Of a DNA stretch of 64,000 nt, positions 60,391-64,000 are shown piece after piece. The stretch is from Patescibacteria group bacterium (GTDB taxonomy: Bacteria; Patescibacteriota; Patescibacteriia; SG8-24; DYFX01). The stretch covers positions 159,855 to 223,854 of the forward strand of contig JBAZZB010000002.1 of NCBI GenBank assembly GCA_041659045.1, in the 5' to 3' direction. Position 1 is the stretch's first letter. Every line of letters starts with the position of its first letter. The translations under genes were made by a program, and so were the position numbers. The notes below the pieces were generated by a model. It had not been told where the DNA came from and ran no database searches. It worked only from the letters and a program-made list of their open reading frames with translations.

Positions 60391-61086
60391 TCAGTTGGGC
60401 TTTCTCTGAAGTTCCGCCTCGAAGATTGCATAAAAGCGGCGCCAGCCGTTTTCATCGAGCGCGGCGATGTCGTGCACGTTCATGAGACCGAGGCGCTCAC
60501 AGGCGCGACGCTTGGCCACCACCCGCCGCAGGTTCTCCTCGTTGGCGACGCGAAGACCAAGATGCCAATTGCCGAGGTGATCTTGAATCGGCTCGAGCAA
60601 CTCCGGATGGTCGAACTGGCGAAGATGCGCCTTGGCTGCGCGTTCCGTTCCGACCGACATCAGCATGGTCCGCTCCGTGAACGTCGCCATGACCGAACGA
60701 TGAAAGATGCGCTTCGACAGTACGTATGGCACGCGATGTCGCCGGCCCTTTTTGTCGAATCCATCGAGCGAACGCATCATCGTATCGACGTTCCCGATGA
60801 AGTGCGTGATGTCCTCGACCGTCAATGCCGTGTGCCAGCGCAGCATGATGCCGTGCTTCGAAATGACAAACACCATTTCCTCATCAAAGTCGGCGTTCTC
60901 ATGATTCGCAAGCACCTGCATCTGCAGAGCGTCGATCCTGGCCGAAACAGCGACGAAGATCGGCTTCGGCCGCGGGGCGGTGACGAACAGGTAGAGCCCT
61001 TCCGGGACGGGTCGTCCGAAGTTCCGCACCAAGTCGTAAAGATCCTCGATCAGCTCGGACGCAGGGAGCGAAGGGGTGTCGGTCAT
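60391..61086 (-). CDS. Hypothetical protein (orphan)
   Basis: AAGGAGG SD before MTDTP. Confidence 0.6.
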   Translation of the reverse strand: MTDTPSLPASELIEDLYDLVRNFGRPVPEGLYLFVTAPRPKPIFVAVSARIDALQMQVLANHENADFDEEMVFVISKHGIMLRWHTALTVEDITHFIGNVDTMMRSLDGFDKKGRRHRVPYVLSKRIFHRSVMATFTERTMLMSVGTERAAKAHLRQFDHPELLEPIQDHLGNWHLGLRVANEENLRRVVAKRRACERLGLMNVHDIAALDENGWRRFYAIFEAELQRKPN

Positions 61087-61169
61087 TGCGGCCTCCTTGC
61101 AGGCACACTTCACGAGTACGTTTTTTCCAGGTAAAAGTCAATTCTGCTATACTTTCATATATCCCGCCT

Positions 61170-62039
61170 ATGAAGATCCGAAAAGCCATCTTGCCCGTCG
61201 CCGGCATGGGAACGCGTTTCCTGCCCGCCACCAAGGCACAACCGAAAGAAATGCTGACGCTCGTCGATAAGCCGGTCATTCAGTATGTCGTCGAAGAAGC
61301 TGTTGCCTCAGGTATCGAAGAGATCATTTTCGTCACAAGTCTCACCAAGCGCGCTATCGAAGACCACTTCGATCGCAACTTCGAACTTGAAACGCGGCTT
61401 CGCCAGAAGGACAAGAAAGAGGACATCGCGATGCTCGACCGCATTACGCGCATGGCCAAATTCGCCTTCGTGCGGCAATCGGCCCCACTGGGCGACGGTC
61501 ACGCGATTCTCTCGGCGCTCCCCTTCGTCGATGCGCACGAACCGGTTGCCGTCCTGTTCGGAGACAACGTCTTCGACTCCAAAATCCCAGCGACCGCCCA
61601 ACTCATCTCTGCCTACGAGCGTTACAACGATCCAGTCATCGGCCTCTACGACGTCGGCAAGAAAAACGTTTCGCGCTACGGCATCGCAAGCGGCGTCATG
61701 GTCTCGAAAGATGTGATGGAGCTCAAAGGATTCGTTGAAAAGCCTGAAGAAAACGAAGCGCCTTCGACCTTTGCTGCCATGGGACGCTACATCATCACGC
61801 CCGAGATCATGGAGATCCTGAAGACGCAAAAGCCGGGAAAAGACGGGGAAATCCGCCTTGCCGATGCCTTCATCACTCACGTCTCACGCAACGCGCCGCT
61901 CTACGGAAAAATCGCGAACACGACCTGGTACGACTGCGGAGATAAGGAATCGTTCATGCTTGCCAACGTCGCGCTCGGTCTCAAAGACGCTCGTTTTGGA
62001 AAGAGCCTTAGAAAAGAGCTCAAGAAACTTCTTTCGTAA
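61170..62039 (+). CDS. galU: UTP--glucose-1-phosphate uridylyltransferase
   Basis: KAILPVAGMGTRFLPATKAQPKEML, GDGHA, VEKP, GEIRLADA, YDCG. Confidence 0.93.
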   Translation: MKIRKAILPVAGMGTRFLPATKAQPKEMLTLVDKPVIQYVVEEAVASGIEEIIFVTSLTKRAIEDHFDRNFELETRLRQKDKKEDIAMLDRITRMAKFAFVRQSAPLGDGHAILSALPFVDAHEPVAVLFGDNVFDSKIPATAQLISAYERYNDPVIGLYDVGKKNVSRYGIASGVMVSKDVMELKGFVEKPEENEAPSTFAAMGRYIITPEIMEILKTQKPGKDGEIRLADAFITHVSRNAPLYGKIANTTWYDCGDKESFMLANVALGLKDARFGKSLRKELKKLLS

Positions 62040-62043
62040 CACT

Positions 62044-63435
62044 ATGCTGCGCATCCGCCTCGCCTCAATCGTCCTCCTGGCCGCTTTGGTCGTGAGCGGT
62101 GCCGGCTGTTTGTCTTCGAATCTTCAAACGGCGCCCGCCTCCTCAAAACCCTTGACGCTCACCTACTGGCGCGTGCTCGACGACAGCGACTCCTTTGATG
62201 AAATCATCAACGGTTATCGCGCGCTGCACCCGAACGTTACGATCAACTACCGCAAACTGCGTCTTGAAGAGTACGAGCGCGAACTTCTGAACGCCTTGGC
62301 GGAAGACCGCGGCCCGGACATCGTCTCGCTTCACAACACCTGGGTGCGGGCATACCAGTCGAAACTGCTCCCGGCACCCGCCTCGGTAAAGATGTCCTTC
62401 CGGGAGATCCAAGGCGTCCAGAAGAACCAGGTGTGGGTTGAAAAAACATTGCCTGTCATCACCCCAGCCCAGGTTCGCGACCAATTCGTCGACCAGGTCG
62501 GCCGCGATGTCGTGGTCAAAGGCCAGTCGGAAGACCCGAAAAAAGGCATTGTCGACCAGCTCTGGGGCTTGCCGATGGCGCTCGACACGATGGTGCTCTA
62601 TTACAACAAAGACGTCCTGAACTCTGCCGGCATCCCGACTGCCGCCACGACCTGGGCTGAATTCCAGGATCACGTGAAGCGGCTCACGAAGTACGATGCC
62701 CAAGGAAAACTGGTGAAACCGGCTGCTGGCATCGGCACATCGAAGAACGTAGAGCGCTCATTCGACCTCCTTTCGCTTCTCATGATGCAAAACGGAGCTC
62801 AAATGACCGACGCCAACGGTATTCCGACCTTCAACCGCACGCCAGACGGCCTCGACCGAGAGATCCCGCCGGGGATGGAAGCGCTCGTCTTCTACACAGA
62901 CTTCGCCAATCCTTCGAAAGAAGTCTTCACGTGGGACGACACCCAGCCAAACTCGTACGACGCCTTCGTTTCCGGTAAAACAGCCTATTTCTTCGGCTAT
63001 TCTTACCACCTGCCCCGCATCCGCTCGCAGGCGCCCAAGCTCAACTTCGGCACCACGAACATCCCTCAAATTGACCCGGCCGCGAAGGTCAACTACGCCA
63101 ATTACTGGATCGAATCGGTCTCGAAGAAGAGTAAAAACCCCGATGCCGCCTGGGATTTCGTCCAATTTGCCAGCAAAGCTGATCAAACCAAGAGCTACCT
63201 GGCGAAAACGGGCAAACCGACCGCTCTGCGCAGCCTGGTAAACACGCAATTGAGCGATCCGGACACTGGAGTCTTCGCCTCGCAAGTTCTCACCGCGAAG
63301 AGTTGGTACACGGGGGCAAACATTCAGGCCACTGAAGCTGCCTTCGACGAGATGATTGATGCGACCTTAGCGGGCGCTGAACCGAACCGAGTCATCAACC
63401 TGGCGGTTCAAACCGTCGCTCAGACGATCCGATAA
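62044..63435 (+). CDS. Extracellular solute-binding lipoprotein (sugar-binding family 1-like)
   Basis: SGAGC lipobox, GPDIV, GLPMALDTMVLYYNKD, TWAEF, AWDFVQF. Confidence 0.85.
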   Translation: MLRIRLASIVLLAALVVSGAGCLSSNLQTAPASSKPLTLTYWRVLDDSDSFDEIINGYRALHPNVTINYRKLRLEEYERELLNALAEDRGPDIVSLHNTWVRAYQSKLLPAPASVKMSFREIQGVQKNQVWVEKTLPVITPAQVRDQFVDQVGRDVVVKGQSEDPKKGIVDQLWGLPMALDTMVLYYNKDVLNSAGIPTAATTWAEFQDHVKRLTKYDAQGKLVKPAAGIGTSKNVERSFDLLSLLMMQNGAQMTDANGIPTFNRTPDGLDREIPPGMEALVFYTDFANPSKEVFTWDDTQPNSYDAFVSGKTAYFFGYSYHLPRIRSQAPKLNFGTTNIPQIDPAAKVNYANYWIESVSKKSKNPDAAWDFVQFASKADQTKSYLAKTGKPTALRSLVNTQLSDPDTGVFASQVLTAKSWYTGANIQATEAAFDEMIDATLAGAEPNRVINLAVQTVAQTIR

Positions 63436-63440
63436 TTCCG

Positions 63441-63538
63441 CAACAACTCCCCCTACCCCCTCTTTAGCAAAGAGGGGGTTTACGTTTTTAAGATCCTCCC
63501 CTTTGCTAAAGGGGAGGTGCCGAAGGCGGAGGGGTTGT
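63441..63538. repeat. REP-like double-hairpin intergenic element
   Basis: CCCCCTCTTT-AGC-AAAGAGGGGG and CTCCCCTTT-GCT-AAAGGGGAG inside outer ACAACTCCC...GGGGTTGT arms. Confidence 0.7.
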
Positions 63539-63556
63539 GTTACACTTATTCACGAT

Positions 63557-64000
63557 ATGAAACGCCTTCTTCGTTTCGCGCTCCCAGTCCTGTTCACCAT
63601 TCTTCCGTTTGCCGCCTCTGCTCAAATCAGGTTGCTGCCCCCGTGCACAGCGACCGGTGATTGCGGCATCACCGACATTTTGGCCGTGTTCGTGAACGCC
63701 GCTGAATATCTCATCGGCATCACTGGCGCTGTCGCCCTTTTATTCTTTGTTTATGGCGGCTTCACTTTCATCTTGGCTGCCGGCGACAAAACGAAAGTTG
63801 GCAAAGCAATCGGGATTCTGAAAAGCGCTGTCACTGGCATCGCGATCATTTTCTTCGCCGGCGTGCTCGTACGTTTCACGACACAGGCGCTCACCGGCGG
63901 CACCTCTAAAATCCCCGTTGTCGGCGAAAACTGCAAAGTAGACGCAACAGCAACCAACGGAGGCGTCAGCGATAGGTATGGAAACGGCCTGTGGATCTCG
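63557..64000 (+). CDS. VirB2/TrbC-like pilin-domain protein (partial, runs off the window end)
   Basis: Not in the ORF track; MKRLLRF...C..TGDC...YLIGITGAVALLFFVYGGFTFILAAGDKTKVGKAIGILKSAVTGIAII. Confidence 0.8.
   Translation, partial: MKRLLRFALPVLFTILPFAASAQIRLLPPCTATGDCGITDILAVFVNAAEYLIGITGAVALLFFVYGGFTFILAAGDKTKVGKAIGILKSAVTGIAIIFFAGVLVRFTTQALTGGTSKIPVVGENCKVDATATNGGVSDRYGNGLWIS

Overview
A 64-kb chromosomal segment of a moderately GC-rich bacterium. Gene content (DUF4012 protein, VirB2/TrbC-like pilin, GAGC-lipobox lipoproteins, split transketolase, IleRS with an inserted histidine-phosphatase domain, a 23S-5S unit with no adjacent 16S) points to a Patescibacteria/CPR genome, possibly Uhrbacteria-like; this is inference. 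It carries envelope and glycan genes (GT4s, flippase, two O-antigen-ligase-like proteins, galU, glmS, glmU-like, yvcK, FemABX, a peptidase S11), a non-oxidative pentose-phosphate cluster, ruvA, ruvB, ileS, rlmH, thioredoxin plus VKOR, six tRNAs and 23S and 5S rRNA. No integrase, transposase, prophage or CRISPR array was seen. Most notable observations: (1) a ~625-nt hairpin-rich unit with its own promoter and terminator and no convincing long ORF just downstream of 5S, a candidate new large ncRNA; (2) two expression grammars: conserved genes lack Shine-Dalgarno sites and often start 6-10 nt after a -10 box, while about 20 dispersed orphan genes carry a strong SD and mostly their own TTGAC promoter and terminator; (3) a 22-aa lysine-rich micro-ORF missed by the ORF track, with a 10-nt SD; (4) a paralogous CGKHGR domain pair, an active/inactive NlpC/P60 pair, a stand-alone FtsH-type protease domain and an in-frame palindromic element inside a coding gene. 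All calls are by eye; no database searches were run.
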